Origin: Marsupella aquatica
Taxonomy: Eukaryota > Plantae > Marchantiophyta
Direction: 5' to 3'
Assembly: GCA_973895155.1 (NCBI GenBank)
Contig: OZ316892.1
Location: 3,537,223 to 3,601,222, forward strand
DNA: 64,000 bases
The notes beneath the pieces were generated by a model. It saw only the letters and a program-made list of their open reading frames with translations. It had not been told where the DNA came from and made no database searches. Of this stretch, positions 46,261 to 59,090 are shown piece by piece. Every line of letters begins with the position of its first letter. Positions within the stretch are counted from its first letter, which is position 1. A program made the translations under genes and the position numbers.

Positions 46261-49200
46261 CTACTTCACTCCCCTACCCTCGCTAACATTGGTCGTCCTG
46301 GTTGGAGTTATCGGAACTCTGCTCTGTGCCTTCAGCTTCCTCACTTCGGATTTTAAATCCAAAATTGATCGTTCCCTATCTTCCAGTTCTTGCAAAAGCT
46401 GATCGTTCTCTGCCCTCAACTGCTTGAGTTCCTTGGTATGTTCAGTGATACTCTCCTCTCCAGTGCCCTGTAGCTTCACAGTGGCTTCTAAGTCAGCAAT
46501 TTTCCGCTTATAGTCGTCTTCTGTGATTCTCCAACTCTCTGATACTTCATAGTGTTTTCGTCTGAGCTTCCCCAATTGCTCCTCCAGTAGGGCTTGTTTG
46601 TTCAGATCCTCCGTGGGGTCCCCTTTGGAATCCTTGACTGCGGTGGTTTGCTGGATTTGGGTTTCCAGACCCTGGAGCTTTTTTCCTTCACCCTCTGGCG
46701 TTCCACTGCCCATTCCCTGGCTGTTCTGCGTTGCTTTGCTGCTTCATCCTTGAGTTGCGATTGCAATTCTTCTATTTCCTTGAGTTTCTCGTTATCCTCC
46801 CTTAGCTGTGAATTGATCTTTTGGCTATCTGCTTTGATTGTGGCTATGGCTGCTCCGATGGCCGTGACAACCTCCTGGTAATTTGTCGTTAGTCCCCCTG
46901 GACGTAACCCTTCTATCCCTAAGTAATCAGCCAATTCCTGCGTGGCTGCCTCCTCATGCCTCCAGCCTCTTCCTATGGTTGTCAGTCGATCCCTATCTGC
47001 TATTAGCTCTTTGTTACGATTTAGTAACTCCTTGATGGTCTCCTCGGCCTCCACTGCCCATTTATCTGCCTCCTCCTTCCCGGCTAAGTCCTCGGCGATT
47101 TCTTCTTCTCGCTTGTTCCACTCCAAGTGTACTAGCACACTTGTTATTCCCTGATAAATGGCTAATTGACTGGCGATTTGTCCGATCATGACTGTAAAGA
47201 TGCTATCTTTTTGCACTGTGCTGATCTTCTCTTTCAATACTTCGATCCCCAGCTTCTCCCGTAATTGTTCTTCATCACCTTCTTTTACAGTTGAGAGGGC
47301 GTACTTGAGGTCGTCGTCATCAATGGGCGCTGTCCTATAAGCCTTGGTTTCTGCTCGCATTTTGTCTTCCTCTGCTGGTTCCTGACCCTTTGATTCTAAC
47401 TCCTTCTTGGTCGGTGTTGGATTGGTTTCTTTCCTCCTGGTGGTGCGCACTGGTGATGCGTCCCCCTCTTGCTCTTTGTTGGTTGCTTCCTCTTCTGGCA
47501 GGGTGCCCTTCTGCTTCTTGGCTCCCTCACTCCTCGTTGGTTGGTAAATGGTAGCTGCTGATTCTATTTTTCCCCCGTCTTCCCCTGTAAGCTGACTCCC
47601 GATTAGCACTTGGAGATGTGACTCGATCTCTACTGGCAGGTTGCTTTTACTGCTGATTAATCGTTTAGCTCGCTTGATGGCTGCATGGAACCCTTCGTGG
47701 AAAAAGGCCGACCAATCCTTTTGCTTCCCGTCTCCCTCCTCTACAATTTTAATCATAAATCAAGGATATTCTGATCTGGGCCTCTTCCAATGTAATGCAT
47801 GGGTTACAAATTCGAGCCTTTCCTTGATTTTCTCATCCGTGCAATGCTTGGTCGGATAGCCCCTGTTGTCGTCTACGTCCTTGTGTGTGGAAATGTGGCA
47901 GGTTGCCAAGTTTTCCCCATCCGTTTCTTGATCTCCGCTCCTTGCTTTGGCAGTTTGAAAAGCTCCTGAAGCTTCCGAGGATTCGTCTTAATGACTTGGC
48001 CCCTACATATTCCCTGATTTTCGGTGGGTTTCCACGTGGTGATGAACTCGCTGTAGTCCTCTGCTTGTAGCTTCGTGGTTTGATTCCACTTTAGTTTCAC
48101 GAATTTCTCCAATCCTTGTGTCTGTAGAAATTTCCTGTGTGCTTGTCCGCGCATAGTTTGCAATATCTGTGGCCCCATTCTCTCAAATTTCAAAACATGA
48201 CTTGTTTCCCCTGGACTCGCCTTTGCGGCGCGCGTCGACTTCCCGGTCCTACTTTTTGCTTCTTCTGCTGGTTCTTCTTCTTCTTCACTGTCGGATTCTT
48301 CCGGTTCTTCCTCCTCGGATTTGACTATTTTGATCTTTCCCCTTACGGATCGCACCTCCCTCATCGTTGGCGGCTCAAGTTTAATCGTTTTGGCTGTCCC
48401 CTTGCGGTTCCTCTTGGTCCTAGAAGGAGTTGTTTCCTCAAATATCGCTGTGGTGACTGCCGTGATCGCTTTCGTGGGATCCGGGTTGGCTAACAATTCT
48501 GCCATGGTCAGCTTCCGCCTCCCTTCTCGTTGAAGTTTGTTGAGTTGGTTTCCCCGTTGTTCTTCTGTCTGCTCGGCCGCTTGCTCCGTTGGTGCCTTGA
48601 TTACTGATTCGGTTTGTGTCTCTAGGGTTGGCTCCTCGGCGGGCCCCTGCCCTTCCCTTTTGGCTGTAGTTTCCGAGAGATGGTCAGCCGCTGAAGGTCC
48701 CTGACTCACGATCTCTTGATCATCTTCGGGGTTGCTCCTTTCCCTTTCCGCTGACTCGGAAACTTCCAGCTCCATGCCCTCTGCTGTTGTCGGCCCTTCT
48801 CCCTCTGTGTGCGTGGGGGCTGGTGTCTCCTCCATCATCGGGGTTTCGAGTAGTTCGTTGATAGTAACGCGCTTCCTCGGTTTATCGTCCTCAAACTCGT
48901 TTGATCGTTTCAGCTTCAAAGTCTTCATGCCCACCGGTAATGTGTAATGCCTATTACCGACCCTCGACCATTCGAATTTCACCTCGCGCTGATAGCCACT
49001 CCACTCGAGGTTCTCTCGTAATCTCCTTGCCAGTCAGAAATAGGGTTTTTGGTTTAACAATTCTTTTGTGGATGATGGTGCTCGCCCTTTGGATTCTAAT
49101 GTATCCTGGACTTCTAGTATAACATGTAATTTTCCCGTGGAGTTCTCAATACAGGGTATCGAGTTGGGTCCTATCAAAATCCGATCTGCAATCCATGTGG

Positions 49201-49759
49201 AAAAGGGTCCGTGTGTACATCCTACGATTACTACTCTATAAGGAAACCTTCTCCTCCTCTCTTCCTGGCCTTTGGGTAATTTGTGCTTCCAATCGTGGAT
49301 CTGAAAGATTTCAGATAGGTCCTCCACCGCTAGAACCACTGACTTGATTTGACCTGATTCCGTTGGTTTGTTTGATGGGATGGTTCCGTTCACGTAATCC
49401 TCTAATGGGTACCCCTTGATCGTTAGTTCTCGTCCTTGTTCATTGGTGCTTTCTTCTCGTCATAGTGTGTCACGTGTGGTGGTCGCGACTAGCTTCTTTG
49501 CATGTGCTAAGGGTCGTTCCTTGTTCTTGGCGGTGAGTGCCCCTCCGGTGGCTTCCATAGATGCTTGATCGGGGGTCACGCCAATACAGGCTACCATTCT
49601 AGTGGGTAGCTCGTACCCTTCTCCATCCGCTTGATTCTCGTTAGGTGGTGCTGTCGGCAGTTGATAGCTGTCGTCGTCCTCGTTGAGCGCCGGTACCGTA
49701 TCGGACTCGTTGCCGACTTCGCTTTCCCCTGGGTAGTCGTTAATCGTATCCTCTACTTC
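46261..49759 (-). pseudogene. Large extra ORF 3' of integrase (Athila-ORF1/Transposase_32-like segment, acidic region and C-terminal coiled coil)
   Basis: In frame with integrase through TGA stops at 49760, ~49460 and 49034. GLEKFVKLKW...SEFITTW...RGQVIKTNPRKLQELFKLP...ERLEF...DWSAFFHEGF, then a long E/K/L heptad-rich region. Two frameshifts. Confidence 0.6.
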
Positions 49760-52700
49760 TCATAAGTACACGTCGTTCCTTACGTGGTACGACTTCATCT
49801 TATTCCCATTCACCCGCCGTTGCTCGCTCCCATCCTGGCTGGTAATTTTGAAGGTTCCGTTTCCCCACGCCTTGAGGACGGTAAAGGATCCTTCCCATTT
49901 AAGTCTCAACTTTCCTTTTTTTATTCGTGCCCGCTTTTGGCACCACAGTACTAATTCCCCTTCCGTGAACGTGGTTACCTCCCGTTGATCGTCTATTCGT
50001 CGCTTGCGTTGTCCTTGTACATACTCTAATCGCTCTTCGGCCCTTCTCCGGGTTTCGGTAACCTCCAATAGTGCTTTTAACCGTCTAGTTAAACACGGGT
50101 TCTGATTTATGTCGTATCCCGCTGCGATTTGCAAACTAGGTAATTCGTAGTCTGTCGGCATACGGGCCTCAACTCCAAACATTAATTGAAAAGGGGTGTG
50201 GCCCGTGGTTACCTTATATGCCGTGCGGAATGCCCATACTGCCGCCGGCAGCTAAACGTCCCAATCGTTTTGCTGTTCGTTAACCACTTTCCGTAAAACA
50301 TTGAGTAAGACTTTGTTTGTTGACTCCGCTTGCCCGTTACACTGAGGGTAATAGGGAGTCGAAAACCGATGGCTTATATGGTAATTATCCGTCAGTTCCT
50401 GGATAACCTTGTTCAGAAAATATGAACCTTGATCGCTCACTAGCTCACCTGGTAATCCGTATCTCATGATGATGTTCTGGTACAAGAACTTGGCTGTTAC
50501 TCGGGCAGTGTTCTCCCGAGTTGCGACTGCTTCCACCCATTTTGTGGTATATTCTGTTGTTGCTAAAATATACTGGTTCTGACTATATCTGGAAGATGGA
50601 GTGATGGGTCCTATGAAATCTAGTCCCCATTTCTGAAAAATATAAGGGGCGATTATAGGCCTGAACTCCATGTTTTCCTTTATAGGTCCTGTACGCTGAC
50701 ACAGGTCGCAAGTTTTTACAAACTCCCGAGTCTCTTTATGGACAGTTGCCCACCAACGTCCTTGCTGAAGAATCTTCCTCAGGGTGATCTCGGTGCCGAA
50801 ATGTCCCCCTCCTAGTCCTTCATGTGTCGTGATTAAGGCTTCTGGCCGTTCTTCCTCCGGAACTACTCTACGTAGTATGTCATCGGGCCCCTGGTAATAA
50901 AGCACGTGGTTGATCAAGGTGTAGGGCCTTGCCTTATAGGCGTAGACCTTCCTTTCCTTACTGGACAACCCCTCGGGGAATACCGCTGTGCATAAATACC
51001 TTTCTAATGCTGGTTCGTCATCCAAGGTCACTAGATTTACAGGATGCCTTTCCTTGGCGTCTTGAAATAGCTCCATATCCGGTAATTGATCGTCTTCTTC
51101 CTTGCCTGTCTCTCCTGATTCGAGTCTACTCAAATAATCGGGTATGACAAGGGTTTTCCCGGGTTTATAAATGATGGTGTAATCAAACTCAGCTAATAAC
51201 AAAATCCATCTTGCAATTCGGCCCGACAGCTGTGGTTTGTTTACTAAGTTGACCAAGGCATTATGATCTACATAGAATATGAATCGATTCCCAAGTAAAT
51301 AATGCCTAAATTTCTTTACTGCAAATATCATGGCTAATGCTTCCCTCTCAGTCGTGGTGTAGTTCCTTTCATGCACGTTTAACAGTATACTGGTAAATCG
51401 ATACCTTGTTCTCCCTTCTGTGCTAACACTGCCCCCACCGCCACCAGAGAAGCATCTGTATGTAGATGGAACTCCCTCTTCCAATTTGGCTCCTTGAGTA
51501 TGGGTGCATGGCACAACCGGTTTTTGATTTCTTCAAACGCGTTCTGACAGTCGTCGTCCCAAGTGAATGTTTGATGGTTACCCGTTAATCGTGCCAACGG
51601 GGCATTGATTTGGGAGTACCCCTTGATGTAACGACGGTAAAAACCTCCACTTCCCAGGAACCTTCTGACTTGGGTTGCACTATTGGGAACTGGCATCTCT
51701 TTAATGATTTTTATCTTATCTGGGTCTACTAACAAGCCCTGTTTACAAACTATGTGTCCTAATATCCTGCCCGATGGTACAAAGAAGGTGCACTTATCAG
51801 GGTTCAGGCTGACTCCCCCTTCCCTACATCTTAAGAGGCATAATCTGAGATGACCTATATGTTGCTCTTCCTCTCCGTATATGGTGAAGTCATCTAGGAA
51901 GATTTGCATAAACTAATTCAAATACTCATGAAATAACATCATCATTAATCACTGGAATGTACTAGGCCCATTGCATAATCCAAAGGGTAATACGAGACAC
52001 TGGAAAGCGCCCCATTCCGTAATGAAAGTGGTCAGCTCCCTTGCTTCTGTTGCTAACCGGACCTGACTGTACCCGCTGTACCCATCTAAAAATGAATAAG
52101 CTGACTTTCCTGCTACCACATCCAGAATTGCTTCTAGAAAGGGTACCGGGAAAGGGTCTTTTATGGTCGCTGCGTTTAATTTTCTGAAATCAATGCAGAC
52201 TCTTAACTTCCCATTTTTCTTAGGTACTACGACTAGCTATCGGGGATAGACACGTATAACGCTTAACAGGTTCAATGAATTTGGCATCAAGGAGTCTTTG
52301 GATTTCTTCTTTTACCTTTTCCACATAGTTGGGGTTCATCCTATATCGTTGTGTCTGCACCGGTACTGATCCTGGTACGAGTCGGATTCGATGTACGCCA
52401 ATTGACTCTGGAACTCCCTTTAACTCCGTGTAATCCCAGGCAAAAACATCTCGGAATTCGGCGAGTAGGGTAACAAGTTCCTCTTTGAGCTCGGGGGAAA
52501 GGTGTTTCCCTATCTTTACTTCTCGTGGTCATTCAGTGTCACTCAAATCAACCTTCTGAATGTGCTCTTCCTCGGTGGCACTCCATCCCACCACTTTCTC
52601 TGCTAGATCCTGCAAGGTGGTCTGTGCTTCTTCCTCCTTTAATGAGCACTCCTGAATGCCTTGCGGGTCTATGTGTTTAAACAGATCGTTTCGTAGATCA

Positions 52701-53890
52701 TGATCCATTTTTTCTTTGGTCATTCCTTGCATCTCGTCGAGCTTGACTATTTCCATATCTGAAATTGGGACTAAGTCTGGACGGCATTTTAAATAGGTCT
52801 CTTCTTCATCCTCATTCAACCCCTCTGCCCAGTTCAAGGTACAGACTCTGGCCATAGGTGGTACACCGTCCTCGATAGCCTTGGTTCTGATCTTGACGGT
52901 CTCTCCTCCGTGTTCTATTTGTATATAATCCTTCTCTTCCCCCCAGTGTTGTTTTACTTTGGCCTGTCTTAGCCAAGGTCGTCCTAACAACATGGGTTGT
53001 CCTCGGGTGGAATCTGCTTCTCTCAAAACTACCACTCCTAAATTGTACTTGATGCCTGAAATCAGCATTGGTAAGTCTGGCACGTAACCCAGTGGGTGAC
53101 AACTGCTTTGATCGGCCATTATTAAATTAAAAGGGGCTGGTAAGAGTTTGACTCTGCCTAGCAGTCTGTAGGTCTGCTCACTCATGAGGTTTACAGCTGA
53201 CCCTCCATCCAGCAATACGTTCTTTAGTTTGATGCCCCTTACGCTGATCTGTACTACGGCTCCTTTGTCGATTAGGGGAATCTTCCCAGCTTGGTACAGT
53301 GGTACTCCGGGTAATGTGGTAGGACTAATTCTGCCTCCCAATCGTTTCATTACTGCTTCATTGCACTGTGGTGCTAACTGGAACAGTTCCTCGACAGTGA
53401 TGTCGACTCTGGTCTTCGCGATGAGTTGCACTAGCTTATCCACTATTCGCTGGTTCGCTTCGGCAAGGTTATTCGGTGGTTCTTCGTCTCGTGGGAGTTG
53501 TCCCGTTTCTTGATCGAATCCCCCCATCGTCACTCCCTCCTCTAGAATTTCCGTATCTGTCTCTGCGTAAGGTTCTGAACGCATTAATCGTTCAGGTCGT
53601 GGCAAGGTCTCGTTCCGCTGTTTGTGGCGAATTTCATCCGCCATTTCTTGGGTGGTTGCATCCATTTGGCTCCAATCGAATCCTCCCTCAGTCTCTGGGG
53701 AATTGGTTTGGGTTGAGTTCTCTGGCTGCCCTTGAGATCTTGTCACCACGTATGTTGACACCTGCACAGTATTCACAGGTGCTGGGACTTTCCCCGCTAT
53801 TTCTTCTTTTTCTTTCATGTGCTTCATCCATAATTCACAATCGGGCCCCTTGATGTGGCCAGTTAGTCGACAATAATAGCAAATCGATGG
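49760..53890 (-). pseudogene. Gypsy pol: knuckle, protease, RT, RNase H, integrase
   Basis: CYYCRLTGHIKGPDC; LLDGGSAVNLM; RVCIDFRKLN/FLDGYSGY/PFGLCN/IFLDDF; HTDAS...TEREALA...YVDH; HEGLGGGHFG...CDLCQ, WGLDF, SDQG, NGQAE; KLRLKWEGSF. No chromodomain or archaeal-type RNase H seen. Confidence 0.93.
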
Positions 53891-54897
53891 GTATTTAGTA
53901 CCACCATCCTTATAGGCCTTCGGTTTGCATTACGATCCGGATTGTAATATCCCTGACTACTCTCCATCCTATCCCCATCTTGTTTGCTTGTTCCTACCTG
54001 ATTTACACCTAGGCTAGGTTTCTTTTTAAAAGGATTCTGGTTGCATTCCTGAGTAGTATGTCCAAGCCTCATATGTATTTCACAGAATTTACGAGTACTA
54101 AGCTCGCCTCGCTCTCGGTTTTCCTTGACTTCTACCTTAGAAGGTTCTGTTTTCCGGTTAACCCTCTCTTCATCCTTACTGCTCTCGTTCTTTTCCTGGT
54201 TAAGCATCTGAGTAATGCCTTCTAGCCGTATTAATCTTTTCTCGTATTCGTCAGCATTAGAAGTGGGATTTTGTTCTCCCACTGTGACTAGACTTCCCTT
54301 CACAGCCTTTCTCATCCAGCTAATTCGTTGCCCATCGGACGGTTTGTTAGTTAATCGCCTCATTGTTACCTTTAACCGTCCAATATAGTTCTGTACTGGT
54401 TCTCCTTTCTTCTGAGTCATGTTTTGCAGAATGCTATACAAATCAGATTCTTCCTTAGCCCTTCTGTAATGATCTAAGAATTCTTTTGAAAACTCAGGCC
54501 AAGTTTTGAAATGGTCAGCTGGGTATTGAGTGTACCATACAAAAGCCTCCTTGTCCAGTGAGCTGGGAAACAGCTCTAATCGAGCTGTGTCATTCTGTTC
54601 GTGGTTAGCTCTAAGCATTTCTTCGAAACGTGCTAAGTGGGTATCGGCATCTTCATCAGGTGCTCCCTTGAACATGGGTATTTTAACCCTTCTGGTAGGA
54701 GCCGATCTCGAACTAATGCCAGCTCCTTGGTGGGTTTTAAGTCGTTCCATGGCTTCTTCCAGGGGTTCTTCGACCTTATCTTGAGCCCTTGAAGTCTCGA
54801 TTCGTTCTTCGACCTCAAGTCTGAGTCTGCTTCCTTGGAAAGGTTCGAACTCCTCTGCCATTTCCCCTTCGTTGGGATTGATGGGCGTCTTGCCCAT
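53863..54897 (-). CDS. Gypsy gag (retrotransposon gag domain)
   Basis: IPMFKG...DADTHLARFE...LFPSSL...AFVWY...TWPEFSKEFL...QKKGEPVQNYIGRL; knuckle FCEIHMRLGHTTQEC. Confidence 0.9.
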   Translation of the reverse strand: MGKTPINPNEGEMAEEFEPFQGSRLRLEVEERIETSRAQDKVEEPLEEAMERLKTHQGAGISSRSAPTRRVKIPMFKGAPDEDADTHLARFEEMLRANHEQNDTARLELFPSSLDKEAFVWYTQYPADHFKTWPEFSKEFLDHYRRAKEESDLYSILQNMTQKKGEPVQNYIGRLKVTMRRLTNKPSDGQRISWMRKAVKGSLVTVGEQNPTSNADEYEKRLIRLEGITQMLNQEKNESSKDEERVNRKTEPSKVEVKENRERGELSTRKFCEIHMRLGHTTQECNQNPFKKKPSLGVNQVGTSKQDGDRMESSQGYYNPDRNANRRPIRMVVLNTHRFAIIVD

Positions 54898-55233
54898 TTA
54901 TCTTTTGGGTTAGCAAAGCCTTTTCTCTGCCTTCAAGAAATATACTCAACGATCAGGTCTTTCTTTACAAGGGTGATGTCAAGATCTTATTACTCGTTAC
55001 TTTTCACAAAAACGGAGACCGTCTACTGTCTCCTTTACTTGACTAATGCTATAACTTCTGTTAATCAGTTCCTCTCTCTCCTTTGCTCAACTGCGGCTAT
55101 GCCCTCTGCGAAATGACTCCTATTCACTTAAACTAGGAGTGCAGGCTTCTGGAGCCATGAGTTCCTCGTTAAAGCACATCGTTAATAACTGGTTTAACAT
55201 AGAAAACTCAAAACTGTCATGTTGACTCCACAT

Positions 55234-57684
55234 CATACATCTTGGGCAAGCTCCTGCGGTTTCCTCTAGTTTAGAACTTAATTTCCTAGCGATTCTGCCT
55301 ATCTGGAATGCTATCGCAACCGGGTACTCATTTCGATTCCAATGACACCATTCTAAGAGTTTTCTAAGGTCCTCCTTTCTCTTGGGTAGGCGGTACTGCG
55401 TGTAGCCTTGAGGTAATCGATCACTTGGTGGCATGGTCGCTGCTGTAAACGCTACTCCGAACAGAGGATTGCAAATGAATTGCTCGCCTCCTCACGTTCC
55501 AGGTTCCTCCATGCGCTTCTCGAAGTACCAACTCTGTGTGTGTGGGCGTGGTGTAAGCAATTATCATAACATCGCCTTCTCATGCCCTACTTCTCCCGTT
55601 GGCTAGTATCGAGTGCTCTTTCTCGTTCAGTGTTGCTATGATTGCTGCTTCGACATCCTTCTCAAAATAGAACATCGTCCAGAACTCCTTCGACGAGTTC
55701 ATGTCACCCGTTCGCCTTTCTGGATTTGCACGTTTCTCTCTTGGTTTGGACTGCTGGTCGTAGCAGTTGCTCCTCTTTCGGAACCCTCAACGAGGCGTTC
55801 CCCAGTATGGTCGCCAAAAATGTTAAACGCCAACTTCGACCTTGCGATTAATGGTCGTTTAACTACCTTCTCCTCAGTAATCTCATTTAAACGATTAACC
55901 GACCTTCGAGAGGCGGCACTCCTTCTATCTCGACATAGTCCCCGTAAGTGAATCCGACCAAGTGCTCTTGAATGTCGAGTTCCGTCTTCCACTTCTTAGG
56001 CACTTCAGCCTCGGCCAACACTAACCCCTCTCTATACACAATCTCAATGAACCCACACCACTCGCGGTAAGTGATCAAGCAAATCGGAATGTTCTCGTAT
56101 AGTAACTAACGGGAAATAAGATGGGTGCCGATAGAACAGATCCACAGTTCCAGTGATCTTAAGGTAATCAAGGAGCAAGACTTGTCGTCACTGCTGTCTG
56201 CGTTCATGGTTTTTAGTAGCCGTGACCTGATTAAGTCCGGCTGTCCTTTGAATCAGCCTGCCTGGCAATTGATTTCCGGATTGTGTGGGTGACTATGACA
56301 GGGTTACCCTAAGCAAGTACCCCAGTATCACGTTTACCCTTGTATGATGGAGGTGTATGACGACCAGTGTATCGCCTTCAAAACACAGTATCTCCAACCA
56401 GACACCGCTTCTCACTAGCTATCTGTTCAACCTATACCTTGAGGCGCTGGCCCGTAAGGTTCTGGTTCGCAATGAGACGATATTCATTCATCGTTGCGAT
56501 TAACGAGTAACGACTTGCTGCATAAGGCAAATTCCTTCTCTCTCTCTCTCTCTCTGATTCGACGTTCTCATTCACTGCTCAAGTGCGGACTTCACTCTGT
56601 TGCATTCATTCCAAACTCTCTCTTTATACTCAAAGACTACTCAACTGAGTAGGGACACTATTACAAAATTGCTGGCATTCCTAAGGTGAGCGGAGCCCTA
56701 TCTTGCCCAGACTTCTAGCAAAAAGTGACACCGTGACTAGTACTTCAAAGCCCCTAAATACCTTTACCCCGCGTCTATCTTCGCCCGAGGCCTCTACTAC
56801 TTCTTTGGGTGCGCCGATTACAGTTGGGCGACTCACGCCTCCTCTTTGGTCTCCTCCGCTCATTCACCAAGAACGCTAACTAATGCCTACCAGAACGATG
56901 AGTGGAAGCCAAGAACTGTTGATTACTATGTCAAGAAGTTCTGTCTTCCTGGTTACTGAACTATGCAACGGCCTCCTCGATTCCCTTCGGTTGCGCCTGA
57001 TCCGGAAGCTTTCGGACTCCCGATTGTTAATCTTGCCATATGTGCCTCGACCTCCTGACTTCTGTCATCTTCCTTGGGGTTGCTCGGTTCGCCGGCCACG
57101 ATTACTTGTTCGGCGGTGATTAATCGCCACGTAATCCGCTGATCGTGGCTGTTCTCCCGTCTTAGCAGCAGATTCCATTTCTTCCGCATGACCTTTCTGC
57201 AGAGTTCCTCGATGGCCTCGCCGGTGGTGAATTGTTGGCGGAACTCTTCGCCCTTCATTCCGAACAATTGTTGCCCAGCCGCATCCCATACACGACAGCT
57301 TCCTTCTTTGATCCGAATAGTGAACATGAACATAGGCACTCCTTCGCCTAGCGACTTACACTCATGAGCTAACCGATTCCTGCTAACGGGGGTTCCTATA
57401 TCCGCCCCCCCTTGCCTTTTCTGTCAAGCTCTTGTGCCTAAGGCACATACTCTGCCATCTGCTAGTAGGCCATCGCAGCCTTCATAGCAGAACTCGACTC
57501 CTACACGACCATTAATTGAGATGATCGTCACCTCCCCTACTTCCAGCCTTTCTGTCATCTCAACAAAATGAATAACCGCTGGTCCTTGCTTACTACTTCC
57601 TAAATACTCTTGGTTGACCTCTAGTTGACACTTCTAAACCTAAAAAAAACTATAATATCGCCGGTGTAATTTTTATCGTTTACA
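55234..57684 (-). repeat. Gypsy 5' LTR (inner boundary uncertain); its RPA-like ORF copy (57558-56953) has a nonsense codon
   Basis: Copy of 43733-46183. GCT CGA CAA reads GCT TGA CAG at ~57425. Confidence 0.85.
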
Positions 57685-58608
57685 AGGTGCAGGGCAGATA
57701 AACGCAGCATTTTGGGATCGTGTAGCTGCTCACTACAACCACCATCGACCAAAATGGGCTCAAGAGAGGGGAGCAAGATCGTTGGAAAGCAAGTGGCAAG
57801 ACCTAAAGCATGACGTTGCAAAATTTTGTGGAGTATATGGTGCAGTAGAAGACCTGAGGTTGTCGGGAGTAAATCAGGAAGATACTTTCCAAAAAGCACG
57901 TGAATTGTACCAGCAGAAGAATGCAAAAGGGAAAGAGTTGCATAATTCGTAGACTGTTGGTATATGCTCAAAGACTACCCACAATTTTCACAGGCAGTGG
58001 AGGATATGGCATCAAAGATGAAGGGAAAATCTCAGTGCAAGGGGAAGGGTGGACCACCAGACAAAGAGAATGTGCCTCCAACACCAAATTTGCCAACATA
58101 AATCATTAACCAACATGGTGGAGGTCACTCAGGTATAGATGGAGTTGAATATAGCTCAAACTCACAGCAAAGGCCAATTGGTAACAAGTCAGCCAAAAAG
58201 CTTAAGTCCGAGGAGTGTTCTTTTCGCATTGCAGCATATGCACAGCGGGATATGGCAACTGCCAACGCCAAATAGATGAAGATCTTGAAAGATCAAAGCC
58301 TACACAACTTGTTTAGCATGAGGGCTGCAGATGTGGATGATGAATGCAGAGAATTTTTTTGAGCTTGCAGAGCCCGAGAGCTTACCAAATTTGCACAAAG
58401 AATTGAGCAAGAAGAGGTTGAGGCTACTAGAGCCTCTAGACTTACAAGTACCACACCTCAGGTGCCAATTAGCAATGACATTGAGGAACCTAGTGTTCCA
58501 GAATCAGCCCAGACTCCAAAAGTCTCTAGCCCTGACGAGAATGAGAATTATTTCATGGGCGATTTGGCAGGGGGGCTGGGAATAGGAAGGAGCAGTCCAA
58601 TTGAGTAG
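57685..58608 (+). pseudogene. Harbinger Myb/SANT-like (NAM-associated) gene, 5'-truncated at the Gypsy end
   Basis: GQINAAFWDRVAAHYN...RGARSLESKWQDLKHDVAKFCG...SGVNQED...ARELY...CWYMLKDYPQF...RPIGNKSAKK. Frameshift and stops; convergent with the transposase. Confidence 0.85.
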
Positions 58609-59090
58609 GGTGGTGGATGCTTGCGCAGTCCAATTGAGTAGTAGACCGTGGACATTTTGTAGCCCACATTCCTGGTTTTTGTAGCTATGTCACTTCCATG
58701 GTCTTGCATTTGGCTGAAGACCCATGGCAAATTTTCAATTGTATGTATTTCTCGAGAATGTTAATTCTATTTGAGCAGATTCCAGAATTCTCAATGTGCA
58801 TGCTCAGATGAGACAAAATTGGGACAGCTACATGGGCAAATGTGTAATTCTAATAAACAAAATCCCTACACTTGACCAACATAATCAAATCTATGATCTT
58901 TTCCTTTGAGAGCCCACAAATGCTCAACTAGATCATTTCACAGCATGTATTGAGTCTCTGAATCCTCAATGACTCGAGTGGCAGCCAAGTATTCTTTCCA
59001 GTCACTCGCTTCTTTCTCCTTGCCTAGTCTGTCCTTGATGTTGTTCCCATTCTTGAGGTAAATTCTCCAATCTCTCATCTTCTATTATCA

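Larger units (their letters stand above)
43733..57684 (-). mobile_element. Ty3/Gypsy non-chromovirus retrotransposon with ~2.45-kb terminal repeats and extra ORFs; left end apparently truncated
   Basis: Direct repeats 43733-46183 and 55234-57684 both start TGTAAACG on the minus strand. Purine tract AAAGGAGAA precedes the 3' copy. gag-PR-RT-RH-INT order. No TSD, no clear CA/PBS at the inner repeat boundary. Confidence 0.9.

Noticed and set aside
55143-55160. CA|TGGCTCCAGAAG as the Gypsy LTR end plus PBS
   Set aside because: Not a convincing complement of any tRNA 3' end I can identify, and it lies within ORF D; left unresolved.
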